A program made the translations under genes and the position numbers. A stretch of 64,000 nt of DNA. Source: Patescibacteria group bacterium (GTDB lineage Bacteria > Patescibacteriota > Patescibacteriia > XYB2-FULL-38-15). Each line of letters opens with the position of its first letter. The stretch's first letter is position 1. The DNA lies in the NCBI GenBank assembly GCA_041650995.1, contig JBAZJZ010000002.1, positions 77,344 to 141,343 on the forward strand, read 5' to 3'. Below are positions 46,805 to 56,325 of this stretch, in pieces. Below the pieces are notes generated by a model, which did not search any database, was not told the origin of the DNA, and saw only the letters and a program-made list of their open reading frames with translations.

Positions 46805-49297
46805 ATGGCAAAAGAAAAAAAGAAAAAAATAGAAGAAAAACCCTTGTCGGTCGCGACTGGTAAAGTTTTACCCTGTAGTATTGAAAAAGAAGCGCAGGAG
46901 TCTTATTTGGATTACGCCATGTCGGTTATTATTTCCCGCGCCTTGCCTGATGTTCGCGACGGGTTGAAGCCGGTTCATCGGAGAATTTTGTACGCGATGT
47001 GGGATGTTGGGTTGAAGCCGGGAGCGAAATTTAGAAAATCGGCGACCGTGGTCGGCGAAGTTTTGGGTAAATATCATCCGCATGGTGATGTTGCGGTTTA
47101 CGACTCTATGGTTCGTATGGCTCAAGATTTTGCTATGCGTTATCCTTTGGTCTGGGGTCAAGGAAACTTTGGTTCTATGGATGGCGATGCTCCGGCAGCG
47201 ATGCGTTACACAGAAGCGAAACTCGCGAGAATTTCAGAAGAAATTTTATTTGATATTGAAAAAGACACGGTTAATTTTACTCCAAACTACGACGGGTCTC
47301 ACAAAGAGCCGCAAGTAATGCCAGCACGGCTGCCCAATCTTCTTTTAAACGGGACAATGGGGATTGCCGTTGGTATGGCCACGAGTATCCCTCCGCACAA
47401 TCTTTCGGAAATTTGCGACGGAATTATCCATTTAATTGAACATCCGGATTGTGACGTGGAAGAATTATGCGAGTTTGTTAAGGGACCCGATTTCCCAACC
47501 GGCGGCATTATATATGATATAGGGGCGATTAAACAGACTTACGCCACGGGCAAAGGCCCAATTGTGATGCGCGCTAAAACAGAAATTGTTGAAGACAAGG
47601 CGGGGCAATTTAAAATAATTGTTTCGGAAGTTCCTTTTCAGGTTAACAAAGCGACTCTGCTCGAAAAGATCGCCACACTCGTCAAAGATAAAAAAATTGA
47701 AGGAATAAAAGATCTTCGTGACGAATCAAACAAGGAGGGCGTGCGGGTTGTCATTGAATTGAAAAAAGATTCTTATCCGAAGAAAATTTTGAATCAACTT
47801 TTTGACATGACGCAGCTGCAGGATTCTTTTCATGTAAATATGCTCGCTTTGGTTGATGGTATCCAGCCAAAAGTTTTGAATCTGAAAATGATTTTGGAAT
47901 ATTATTTGGCACACCGGAAAGAAGTGGTTCGCCGTCGGACAGAGTTTGAATTAAATCGGGCGAAAGACAGGGCGCACATTTTGAAAGGTTTGAAGATCGC
48001 GCTCGACAATATTGACGCCGTTATCAAATTGATTAAAAAATCAAAAGATAAGGAAGAGGCCAAAGTTAATTTGATGAAACAGTTTAAGTTGACAGAAATC
48101 CAGGCCGTGGCGATTTTAGAAATGAAATTGCAGCAGCTCGCGAATCTTGAGAGAACAAAAATTGAGCAGGAGTTGAAAGAAAAGTTGGCCTTGATTAAAG
48201 AATTAGAAGAAATTTTGGCTTCGCCGAAGAGAATTCTTAGTTTGATTAAAAAAGATGTTTTGGAATTAAAAACAAATTATGGCGATGAAAGAAAAACTCA
48301 AATTGTCGCCCACGCGGTTAAAGATTTTAGAGTGGAAGATTTGATTCCGAATGAGTCAACAATTATTGTGGTTACGGCAGACGGCTATATTAAGCGTCTT
48401 CCGCCGGAAACTTTCCGAACGCAGAGCCGCGGCGGTAAAGGCGTGATGGGGCTTATGACCAAAGAAGAAGACACGGTGGAACATTTGATTTCAACAACCA
48501 CTCATCTTGATTTGTTATTTTTCACAACCCGTGGCAGAGTTTTCCAATTAAAAGCTTATGACGTTCCGGCCGCGTCTCGAACTTCAAAGGGCCAGGCGAT
48601 CGTGAATTTCTTGCAGCTGGCTCCGGAAGAAAAAATTTCTGCTATCCTTTCCGTAAAAGAGCTTGGTGAGGGCGACTTTAAGTATTTGGTGATGGTGACG
48701 CGCGCAGGAATTATTAAAAAAGTTGAGTTAAAAGATTTTGAAAATGTCAGGCGCTCCGGTCTTATCGCCATAAAATTGAAAGACGGGGATCGGCTGGAAT
48801 GGGTTAAGCCGTCTTCGGGTAACGATGAAATTATTTTGATTACCGCCATTGGGCAAGCCATTCGCTTTAAAGAAAAAAATGTTCGCCCAATGGGTCGCGC
48901 CGCAACCGGAGTTCGCGGTATCCGCCTTAAGGGGAAAGATGAAGTTATTGGTATGGATGTTATTGATCCCTCTCTTGTGTCTAAAAATTTGCTTGATCTT
49001 TTTGTCTTAATGGAAAATGGTTTTGGTAAAAGAACAAACTTGAAAAATTATAAAATTCAGGGGCGCGGCGGTTCGGGCGTTAAGACTGCCAAGACGACTC
49101 CAAAAACCGGAAAGATTATTTCCGCCGAAATCACTTCGAACAAAGATGAAAGGGATTTAATAATTATTTCCAAGTTTGGCCAAGTTATCAGGCTGCCGTT
49201 CAAGAGTGTTTCAACTCTGGGTCGGGCGACGCAAGGAGTGCGCCTGATGAGATTTAAGGAAGCAGACGATCGGGCGGCAAGCGTGACGCTTGTTTAA
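46805..49297 (+). CDS. gyrA: DNA gyrase subunit A
   Basis: [28 protein letters not shown]... with the active-site Tyr region and C-terminal beta-pinwheel repeats. Confidence 0.95.
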   Translation: MAKEKKKKIEEKPLSVATGKVLPCSIEKEAQESYLDYAMSVIISRALPDVRDGLKPVHRRILYAMWDVGLKPGAKFRKSATVVGEVLGKYHPHGDVAVYDSMVRMAQDFAMRYPLVWGQGNFGSMDGDAPAAMRYTEAKLARISEEILFDIEKDTVNFTPNYDGSHKEPQVMPARLPNLLLNGTMGIAVGMATSIPPHNLSEICDGIIHLIEHPDCDVEELCEFVKGPDFPTGGIIYDIGAIKQTYATGKGPIVMRAKTEIVEDKAGQFKIIVSEVPFQVNKATLLEKIATLVKDKKIEGIKDLRDESNKEGVRVVIELKKDSYPKKILNQLFDMTQLQDSFHVNMLALVDGIQPKVLNLKMILEYYLAHRKEVVRRRTEFELNRAKDRAHILKGLKIALDNIDAVIKLIKKSKDKEEAKVNLMKQFKLTEIQAVAILEMKLQQLANLERTKIEQELKEKLALIKELEEILASPKRILSLIKKDVLELKTNYGDERKTQIVAHAVKDFRVEDLIPNESTIIVVTADGYIKRLPPETFRTQSRGGKGVMGLMTKEEDTVEHLISTTTHLDLLFFTTRGRVFQLKAYDVPAASRTSKGQAIVNFLQLAPEEKISAILSVKELGEGDFKYLVMVTRAGIIKKVELKDFENVRRSGLIAIKLKDGDRLEWVKPSSGNDEIILITAIGQAIRFKEKNVRPMGRAATGVRGIRLKGKDEVIGMDVIDPSLVSKNLLDLFVLMENGFGKRTNLKNYKIQGRGGSGVKTAKTTPKTGKIISAEITSNKDERDLIIISKFGQVIRLPFKSVSTLGRATQGVRLMRFKEADDRAASVTLV

Positions 49298-49328
49298 AGA
49301 TTAAAAAATTTAAAATTAAAAAAATAAT

Positions 49329-49526
49329 ATGGCTTTACCAGGTCACAGGAGAACAAGTTCTCATAAAAGAAGAAGAGCGGCTCATTTTGCCTTGAAGAAG
49401 ACAAATCTTTCCGTTTGTCCAAAATGTAAAAAGCCGGTGATGTCTCATCACATTTGTAAATTTTGCGGAGCTTACGCTGGCAGAGAAGTAATTAAAATGA
49501 GAACGCCGAAGAAAAAGAAAAAATAA
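49329..49526 (+). CDS. rpmF: 50S ribosomal protein L32 (zinc-ribbon form)
   Basis: [22 protein letters not shown]...[18 protein letters not shown]. Confidence 0.85.
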   Translation: MALPGHRRTSSHKRRRAAHFALKKTNLSVCPKCKKPVMSHHICKFCGAYAGREVIKMRTPKKKKK

Positions 49527-49527
49527 T

Positions 49528-50007
49528 ATGGCCAATAGGCATTTAGCCAGAACCATCGCGCTCCAGACTCTTTATGAGTGGGACTTTATGGGAGAGAAGG
49601 AGGCGGAAACATGCGTCGCTGCTAAAAAAAATCTCAAGGAATTTGCTCCAAAATTCAATGAGAATGATTTTGTTATTGAATTAGTGGAAGGTGTTGTAGA
49701 AAACAAAAAAGAAATAGATAAGTTGATAAAAAAATACGCGCCGGAATGGCCGATCGAAAAAATAACCCTGATTGACAGAAATGTTTTGCGGCTGGGCATT
49801 TATGAATTAAAATTTGCTAAGGCAAAAGACGGGAAGACGGTTCCGCCTCGCGTGGTTATCAATGAAGCCATTGAACTTGCTAAAGCTTTCGGCAGCGGGT
49901 CTTCTGGAAAATTTATAAACGGCGTCTTGGGAGCAATTTATAAAGATATGCTCGCGGCGGGCGAGATAAAAGACGAGGAGGAAAAAGGAAAAAAAGATAA
50001 AAAATAA
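49528..50007 (+). CDS. nusB: transcription antitermination factor NusB
   Basis: [14 protein letters not shown]... Confidence 0.85.
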   Translation: MANRHLARTIALQTLYEWDFMGEKEAETCVAAKKNLKEFAPKFNENDFVIELVEGVVENKKEIDKLIKKYAPEWPIEKITLIDRNVLRLGIYELKFAKAKDGKTVPPRVVINEAIELAKAFGSGSSGKFINGVLGAIYKDMLAAGEIKDEEEKGKKDKK

Positions 50008-50085
50008 TAAATATTGTTCAATCGTTACATTGTTAAATTGTAGAAATCAGCGATTTAGCCATGTAACCATTCAGCAATTTAAGCT

Positions 50086-50784
50086 ATGAAAGAGTTCACT
50101 AAATTGGAGGAAAAACTAGGCGTAAAATTTAAAAACATAGATCTTTTAACACAGGCGGCGGTCCATCGTTCTTATCTAAATGAAAATCCGGGATTCAAGT
50201 TGCCGCACAATGAACGGTTGGAATTTTTGGGTGACGCTGTTCTGGAATTGATTGTTACGGAATATCTTTATCAAAATTATTCAAATCCGGAAGGGGAGTT
50301 GACCAACTGGCGGGCGAGCCTCGTGAACGCAAAAATGCTTTCAGAAATCGCGAAGGAAATAGAAATAGAAGAATATCTTTACTTAAGTAAAGGGGAATCA
50401 AAGGAAGCAGCCGATTCAAAAGCCAGACAATATATTTTGGCCAATGCTTTTGAAGCGCTCGTCGGCGCGATTTATCTCGATCAGGGTTACGTTGTTTCCC
50501 GAGATTTTATTAAAAAATTTTTGATTGTTAGGCTACCATATATCTTGGAGCACGAATTATATCTTGATCCAAAAAGTAAATTCCAGGAAAAAACTCAGGA
50601 AAAATGCGGCGTGACGCCGACATATAAAGTTTTAGAAGAAACTGGTCCGGATCACGCTAAAATTTTTAAGGTTGGCGTTTATTTGGAAAAAGAGTTGGTG
50701 GCTACGGGCGAAGGATCGAGTAAACAAGAAGCACAGGTTGAAGCTGCCAACGCGGCACTGAAGACAAAGAAGTGGTCAGAATAA
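50086..50784 (+). CDS. rnc: ribonuclease III
   Basis: ERLEFLGDAVLELIV signature plus a dsRBD. Confidence 0.9.
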   Translation: MKEFTKLEEKLGVKFKNIDLLTQAAVHRSYLNENPGFKLPHNERLEFLGDAVLELIVTEYLYQNYSNPEGELTNWRASLVNAKMLSEIAKEIEIEEYLYLSKGESKEAADSKARQYILANAFEALVGAIYLDQGYVVSRDFIKKFLIVRLPYILEHELYLDPKSKFQEKTQEKCGVTPTYKVLEETGPDHAKIFKVGVYLEKELVATGEGSSKQEAQVEAANAALKTKKWSE

Positions 50785-50872
50785 TCTTCAAAAAATGGCG
50801 GGGTTACTATACCCGCCGTTTGTATATTGAAATTTTTTAGTGTTAATGATATTCTAGCAAATCGGCTGCCGC

Positions 50873-50944
50873 GCGCCCGTAGCTCAACGGATAGAGTGCT
50901 GGTCTTCGGAACCAGTGATGGGGGTTCGATTCCCTCCGGGCGCA
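50873..50944 (+). tRNA. tRNA-Arg (anticodon TCG)
   Basis: GCGCCCGTAGCTCAACGGATAGAGTGCTGGTCTTCGGAACCAGTGATGGGGGTTCGATTCCCTCCGGGCGCA. Confidence 0.8.
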
Positions 50945-50970
50945 TTGTCCAAAATTAAATAAAAATATTT

Positions 50971-51043
50971 GCGCCCATAGCTCAGTTGGCAGAGCAGTCG
51001 CCTCTTAAGCGAACGGTCGAAGGTTCGAATCCTTCTGGGCGCA
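50971..51043 (+). tRNA. tRNA-Lys (anticodon CTT)
   Basis: GCGCCCATAGCTCAGTTGGCAGAGCAGTCGCCTCTTAAGCGAACGGTCGAAGGTTCGAATCCTTCTGGGCGCA, followed by a T-run. Confidence 0.8.
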
Positions 51044-51121
51044 TTTTTTTATCCACAAAATTTTCTTGCGGGCGCGGGACGGATGAGATACAATGTAGGT
51101 GAGGGAATTAAATTTAAATTT

Positions 51122-51592
51122 ATGAAAAAACACAGAGGGTTTACATTGATTGAATTATTAATTGTGATCGGTATCATCGCCTTTTTAGCTTCGGCAATTT
51201 TTATTGCCGTTGATCCGGCGAAGAGATTTGCCGAATCACGAAACGCTCGCCGCTGGACAGATATTTCAACAATTCTTGAAGCGGTTCTCCAATATGCTAT
51301 TGACCAGGACGGAACCTTGCCCGCGGGAATTGATGATGTCGGAGCCACGGTTCAAGTTTTGGGCACAAACGCGAGCGGCTGCGAGGCTGGCTGCACAGCG
51401 AAACTGTCGGTCGCAAGCTGTCTTGATTTAAGCGATGTTTTGATCCCAAAATATTTAGGTTTAATTCCTTACGATCCATATACCGGCTCGGCCGTTTTTA
51501 CGGATTATTATATTAATCGATCCCAAACCGGTAGAATTGAAGTCGGCGCCTGTGACCCAGAACTCGGCGCGACGATCTTTGTTTCAAAATAG
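51122..51592 (+). CDS. type IV pilin / pseudopilin (prepilin N-terminal methylation motif)
   Basis: MKKHRGFTLIELLIVIGIIAFLASAIFIAV... Confidence 0.8.
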   Translation: MKKHRGFTLIELLIVIGIIAFLASAIFIAVDPAKRFAESRNARRWTDISTILEAVLQYAIDQDGTLPAGIDDVGATVQVLGTNASGCEAGCTAKLSVASCLDLSDVLIPKYLGLIPYDPYTGSAVFTDYYINRSQTGRIEVGACDPELGATIFVSK

Positions 51593-51650
51593 AAAGTAAA
51601 ATAATTTAAGCTTAAAATACTCCGAATTTTTGGAGTATTTTTGTATAAAA

Positions 51651-51680
51651 CAAACCCCGCCCTTGCGGGCGGGGAAAGCT
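51651..51680 (-). terminator. terminator after hup with a perfect 8-bp GC stem
   Basis: On the minus strand, ccccgccc-gcaa-gggcgggg is followed by tttgtttt. Confidence 0.6.
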
Positions 51681-51702
51681 TCTAGAAGCGATGATGCTAA
51701 AT

Positions 51703-51978
51703 TTATCTTAAAGCGTCTTTCAAAGATTTTCCAGCTTTGAATTTCGGAACAGTCATAGCCGGGATTTGAATTTTTTCGCCCGGTTTTTTAGGATTCACGC
51801 CCATTCTGGCCGCTCTTTTTTTGGCCGAGAAAGTACCAAAACCTGTTAAAGTAACTTCACCACCAGATTTCAGAGTTGAAGTAACAGTCTCCATGAAGGT
51901 TTCCATCATTTTGTCGGCGGTTGTTTTTGGAACGTCTAGAGCGCTGGCGATTTTTTCGATTAATTCTGCCTTTGTCAT
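51703..51978 (-). CDS. hup: DNA-binding protein HU
   Basis: MTKAELIEKIA...GFGTFSAKKRAARMGVNPKKPGEKIQIPA. Confidence 0.9.
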   Translation of the reverse strand: MTKAELIEKIASALDVPKTTADKMMETFMETVTSTLKSGGEVTLTGFGTFSAKKRAARMGVNPKKPGEKIQIPAMTVPKFKAGKSLKDALR

Positions 51979-52004
51979 GTTCTCACCTCCTTTCCAAAAT
52001 TTGT

Positions 52005-52084
52005 GTACGAATTACGAATCTTCAAATTTTGGCTACGAATAAATAAATCATTCGTACAATTCGTAAAAATTCGTATTTCGTAGT
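52005..52084. repeat. array of seven TACGAA/TTCGTA hexamers in the hup promoter / ymdB 3' region
   Basis: gtgTACGAAtTACGAAtcttcaaattttggcTACGAAtaaataaatcaTTCGTAcaaTTCGTAaaaaTTCGTAtTTCGTAg. Confidence 0.5.
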
Positions 52085-52086
52085 AT

Positions 52087-52887
52087 TTAAATTTTAACTT
52101 CTTCTTTTATCTTTTTAATTTTAACAGCTTCGCGAGTTTTCGGATTGATCTCAAAATAAATTGCGTTAACCGTACAGATTCCTTCCTCGGGAATTTCGTG
52201 GACTTCGGGAATTTGCGTTAAGAAAGTTTTAAGAATTCCTTTTTTGTCCACACCAAGAATCGAATCTTTAGCGCCGACCATGCCGACATCCGTTACAAAG
52301 GCCGTGCCACCCGGCAGGATTTGCCAATCGTCAGTGCCAACGTGGGTATGGGTTCCAAACACTGCGGAAACTCGGCCGTCCAAATATTGGGCTAAGCCGT
52401 TTTTTTCCGAAGTAGCTTCAGCGTGGAAGTCGACAATAATGGCTGAAAGATTTTCATTTTTGAATTCGTCCAGAATTTCATCCGCTTTTCTAAATGGACA
52501 ATCGTAGTTGCTTCTCAGGAAAACTCTTCCTATCAAGTTTATCACAAGGATCTTTTTTGTGCCAATTTCAAACAATTTCGCTCCAACACCTGGAACGCCC
52601 GGCGGGAAATTCGCCGGTCGGATAAGCGGGGATTTTTTATCTTCAAGAATCCCAATGGCTTCTTTTTTATCAAAGACATGGTCTCCGGAAGTAAAGAAAT
52701 CAACGCCGGCGTCTGTAAGCTCCTGCAAGGTTTTCTCGGTAATGCCCACGCCGTGAGCGATATTTTCCGCATTGGCGATAACCAAATCCGGATCAAGCTT
52801 CTTTTTAAGCGACGGCAAAATTTTGGCCACAGCGTGCCGGCCGATTCTGCCTGAAATATCGCCGAAAAATAGAATTTTAAGATTCAT
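52087..52887 (-). CDS. ymdB: YmdB-like metallophosphoesterase (TIGR00282)
   Basis: MNLKILFFGDISGRIGRHAV...GDHVFD...GTHTHVGTDD. Confidence 0.85.
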   Translation of the reverse strand: MNLKILFFGDISGRIGRHAVAKILPSLKKKLDPDLVIANAENIAHGVGITEKTLQELTDAGVDFFTSGDHVFDKKEAIGILEDKKSPLIRPANFPPGVPGVGAKLFEIGTKKILVINLIGRVFLRSNYDCPFRKADEILDEFKNENLSAIIVDFHAEATSEKNGLAQYLDGRVSAVFGTHTHVGTDDWQILPGGTAFVTDVGMVGAKDSILGVDKKGILKTFLTQIPEVHEIPEEGICTVNAIYFEINPKTREAVKIKKIKEEVKI

Positions 52888-52898
52888 GAGAGTATAAA

Positions 52899-54416
52899 TT
52901 ATCTTGCGTATTCAATAATTCTTTTCTCTCTTATTACGTTAACTTTAATTTCACCAGGATATTTTAATTCTTCTTCAATTTTTTTAGCGATTGCTTGGGC
53001 AAGTTTTAAAGCGCCAAGATCATCAATCTTATCTGGCGCGACAAAAACTCTGATTTCGCGGCCAGCCTGAATGGCATAAGCTTTTTCAATGCCGTCAAAA
53101 GAAGTAGCCACTTTTTCCAAATCTTCCAGTCTTTGCAGATATTGCTCGTAGGTGTCTTTTCTCGCGCCAGGTCTCGCACCGGAAATTGCGTCCGCAACTT
53201 TGACGATGACCGCTTCAAGCGTCGGCGGAGCATCTTCATGGTGCGTAGCGATCGGAATAATAATTTCCTCCGGCAAGTTGAATTTTTTGGCGATGTCTTT
53301 GCCAATTTCCGGATGAGTTCCCGTCACTTCATGGTCAACCGCCTTGCCGATATCGTGCAAAAGCCCGGCTTTTTTGGCGACAGTCACATTCGCGCCGAGT
53401 TCTTCAGCCAAGAGAGCGGAAAGATGAGCGACTTCAATTGAATGTTTTAAAGCATTTTGCCCGAAGCTCGTTCTGTATTTTAATCTTCCTAAAATTTGAA
53501 CTAATTTTGGATCAAGTCCGGCTACGCCAAGTTCATAAACCGCTTCTTCGCCAGCCTTTTTAATATCAATGGCTAAATCTTTTTTCGCCTGTTCTACGGC
53601 CTCTTCAATTCGGCCGGGATGAATTCTGCCGTCTAAAATTAATTTTTCAAGAGCTCGCTTTGCCACATGCCGTCTAATCGGACTGAAGCCGGAAACGGTA
53701 ATGGCTTCTGGCGTATCATCAACAATGATTTCTGTGCCAGTAAGTTGTTCGATAGTTTTGATGTTTCTTCCTTCGCGACCGATAATTCTACCTTTCATTT
53801 CGTCGGAAGGTAAAGATACGGTCGTTGTCGTAATTTCCGTGGCGTGCGAAGAGGCGCAGCGCTCAATTGCCAAAGATAAAAGGTCCCGCGCTTTTTTGTC
53901 GAGGACCTCTGAAGATTCTCTTTCCAATTTGTTGATGCGATTAACAAGTTCCGCCTGGATATTTTTTTCAGTTTTATCCAAAAGGAGTTGTTTAGCTTCT
54001 TCGCGATTCAATCCCGCGATCTGTTCCAGTCTTGCTAACTGATCTTCTTTAATTTTTTGAATTTCCGCTTTTACTTTTTCAATTTGGTTGGCGCGATCGT
54101 AAAGCTTCTGTTGTTTTTCCTGAAGGTCAAGAAGTTTTTGGTCAAAAAGCGACTCGCGCTTTTCCAACCGTTTTTGCGCGGCAATAAGTTCTTGCCGCCG
54201 ATCTTCTTCCTCTTTTTTTGCGTTATCAATTACTTGGATTGCCTTGTCTCTCGCCTGGAGAAGCAATTCCCGTTGTTTAGTTTTAGTTTCGGCCAGTAAT
54301 TTTTCCGCCTTTTCTTCAACCGATCCAGCCAGTCTTTTGGCTAGAAGTTTTCTTAGAAAGTAACCAGCGGCCGTTCCGGCAATCAAGGTAGCCGCGATCC
54401 ATAATAGATTTGGCAT
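52899..54416 (-). CDS. rny: ribonuclease Y
   Basis: N-terminal TM helix, coiled coil, KH domain (MKGRIIGREGRNIKTIE) and HD domain (HSIEVAHL...LLHDIGK). Confidence 0.9.
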   Translation of the reverse strand: MPNLLWIAATLIAGTAAGYFLRKLLAKRLAGSVEEKAEKLLAETKTKQRELLLQARDKAIQVIDNAKKEEEDRRQELIAAQKRLEKRESLFDQKLLDLQEKQQKLYDRANQIEKVKAEIQKIKEDQLARLEQIAGLNREEAKQLLLDKTEKNIQAELVNRINKLERESSEVLDKKARDLLSLAIERCASSHATEITTTTVSLPSDEMKGRIIGREGRNIKTIEQLTGTEIIVDDTPEAITVSGFSPIRRHVAKRALEKLILDGRIHPGRIEEAVEQAKKDLAIDIKKAGEEAVYELGVAGLDPKLVQILGRLKYRTSFGQNALKHSIEVAHLSALLAEELGANVTVAKKAGLLHDIGKAVDHEVTGTHPEIGKDIAKKFNLPEEIIIPIATHHEDAPPTLEAVIVKVADAISGARPGARKDTYEQYLQRLEDLEKVATSFDGIEKAYAIQAGREIRVFVAPDKIDDLGALKLAQAIAKKIEEELKYPGEIKVNVIREKRIIEYAR

Positions 54417-54508
54417 AAGACTTCAATAGCAAATCACAAACCAAAGGTGAATCGTAGAGTGAATTCATCCTGATTAATATTCCTTCTCGTTTGGTTAGCG
54501 TAATTTTT

Positions 54509-54537
54509 TTGAGATTGTTTGACATCTAAAATATAAT
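54509..54537 (+). promoter_or_regulatory. promoter with TTGAGA, a 17-nt spacer, then TATAAT; ~220-nt leader before the purF-like gene
   Basis: ttgagattgtttgacatctaaaatataat. Confidence 0.5.
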
Positions 54538-54757
54538 CAAAATTTCCGATTACTGCCGTTGTTTGTGATTTGCCTAAATTTAAATTAATTATACTCCAGC
54601 CAAAGCCGGTTTGACCTTGGTTGAAAGTATTTTTATCGTATCATAAAAGAGGTTTTTTGGCAAGTCTTTGGGTAATTTTTGTTGCTTGCAGTTTTAAAAA
54701 AATAAGAGTAAGGTGAGAGAACCATTCTTTAAAATAAGGGGAGTAAAGGAGGGTAAG

Positions 54758-56206
54758 ATGTGCGGAGTTTTTGGAATTTTTGGTCATCCGAATGGCAAGC
54801 AAATTGCCAAGACGGGCATCTGGACACTGCAGCACCGAGGGCAAGATGCGGCGGGAATATCTTGCCTCAGGCTCAAGCTGAATTGTCGGTATGGCTTGGT
54901 TGAGGTCGAGAAAAGGTCGGGCAAGGTAAGAGAAGTGTTGCGTGGTCCCGACTTTGATGACCTCGAAGGGGATGCCTGGATCGCTCACGTGCGATATTCC
55001 ACTCAGGGCAAGCCTTCGCGGCGGAATGCTCAGCCGCACTATGCGCAGAGCATCCACGGAAAAATCGCCATCGTCTCAAACGGTGATGTCGTGAACATGG
55101 ACGAGCAGAGGGAATTTCTTGACCGCCACGATATTCGTACGTATACGGAAAACGACGCGGAGCTTATCGCGGCGGCCATCAATTACCAAGTCACCGCTCG
55201 AAAGCGCGATGTCGTCGAGGCGATTGCTCAAGTGATGAACCATGTGCGAGGCGCTTTCTCTTCGCTCGTGATCACCGAGTTCGACGATCGTCTCTTCGCT
55301 TTCCGCGACCCGTACGGCATCAGACCACTATTTTTCGGCACGGTCGAAGACGGCGGAGCGAAATACTACATGTTCGCTTCCGAAACTGCCGCCCTCGAGG
55401 CAGTGATGCCACTTTTTGGTTCGCGAGCCGTACTCACAACAAGGATGGTGGAAGCAGGCGAGATCATCGCGGTCGGACCCCGTGGCGTAGAAACCTTCAG
55501 GGGGCCGAAAGCAGATAGACAATCTTTCTGTATCTTCGAATACGTCTACTTCTCACGGCCGGACAGTAGGACGACTCATGGCGAGTCGTTCCAGACGTGC
55601 CGGATGCGCGCCGGCGAGATCCTTTTCAGGGAGGCGCCGGTTGAGGCCGATCTGGTTACGCCGATTCCCAAAAGCGGCATTCCCATGGCTGTTGGGTTCG
55701 CCCTGGCCTCTGGTCTGCCATTCATCCAGGCGATTGTAGAAAACCCGTCTTTCGACATCGACTTCGAACAGATGAGAACGTTTATCGGGGCGGATGTTGA
55801 GGAGCGGAGATTCAACGCCTTGCTGAAGTTCTGTTTCACGGCAGATCTCTTAGAGGGGAGGAGGGTGGTTGACGGCGACGATTCCATTGTTCGCGGCCTG
55901 ATCACTGGCATAGCGAACAATGGAATCTGGCGATGTGGGGCGAAGGAGATCCACACTCGGATCAGTTCTCCCCCTTACCGTTTCCCTTGTTTTTACGGCG
56001 TGGAAACAAAAGATAGGCACACGCTGGCTGCCGCCGGCAAGACACTTGAAGAAGTCAGACGGCTGATTGGTCAGCCGACTACCCTGGCCCATCTTTCTCT
56101 TGAAGGGCTTGTGGCGTCCACTGGGCGTCCGAAGAGCGAGCTCTGCACAGCCTGTTTTGATGGTGATTACCCGATTCCCGTGCAGTTTAAGGAGAATCGG
56201 GCGTAG
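54758..56206 (+). CDS. purF: amidophosphoribosyltransferase-like protein (class-II glutamine amidotransferase plus PRTase), GC-rich
   Basis: AAGGAGG RBS 5 nt upstream. N-terminal MCGVFGIFGH; motifs DPYGIRPLFFG, FCIFEYVYFSRPDS, VDGDDSIVRGLI and the C-terminal FPCFYG. Confidence 0.75.
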   Translation: MCGVFGIFGHPNGKQIAKTGIWTLQHRGQDAAGISCLRLKLNCRYGLVEVEKRSGKVREVLRGPDFDDLEGDAWIAHVRYSTQGKPSRRNAQPHYAQSIHGKIAIVSNGDVVNMDEQREFLDRHDIRTYTENDAELIAAAINYQVTARKRDVVEAIAQVMNHVRGAFSSLVITEFDDRLFAFRDPYGIRPLFFGTVEDGGAKYYMFASETAALEAVMPLFGSRAVLTTRMVEAGEIIAVGPRGVETFRGPKADRQSFCIFEYVYFSRPDSRTTHGESFQTCRMRAGEILFREAPVEADLVTPIPKSGIPMAVGFALASGLPFIQAIVENPSFDIDFEQMRTFIGADVEERRFNALLKFCFTADLLEGRRVVDGDDSIVRGLITGIANNGIWRCGAKEIHTRISSPPYRFPCFYGVETKDRHTLAAAGKTLEEVRRLIGQPTTLAHLSLEGLVASTGRPKSELCTACFDGDYPIPVQFKENRA

Positions 56207-56325
56207 TGGAGGGAGAACGACGGTCGAATTCCGGAAAGGAATGGCCGTCTTTTTTTATTTAATGTTTGACAAAATCTCAAAAAAATAGTAAGTTTACAAA
56301 ACCCGAGAGGGTTGAATTTAATAAT

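Noticed and set aside
54641-55057. 138-aa minus-strand ORF overlapping the purF-like start
   Set aside because: Antisense artefact in GC-rich DNA.
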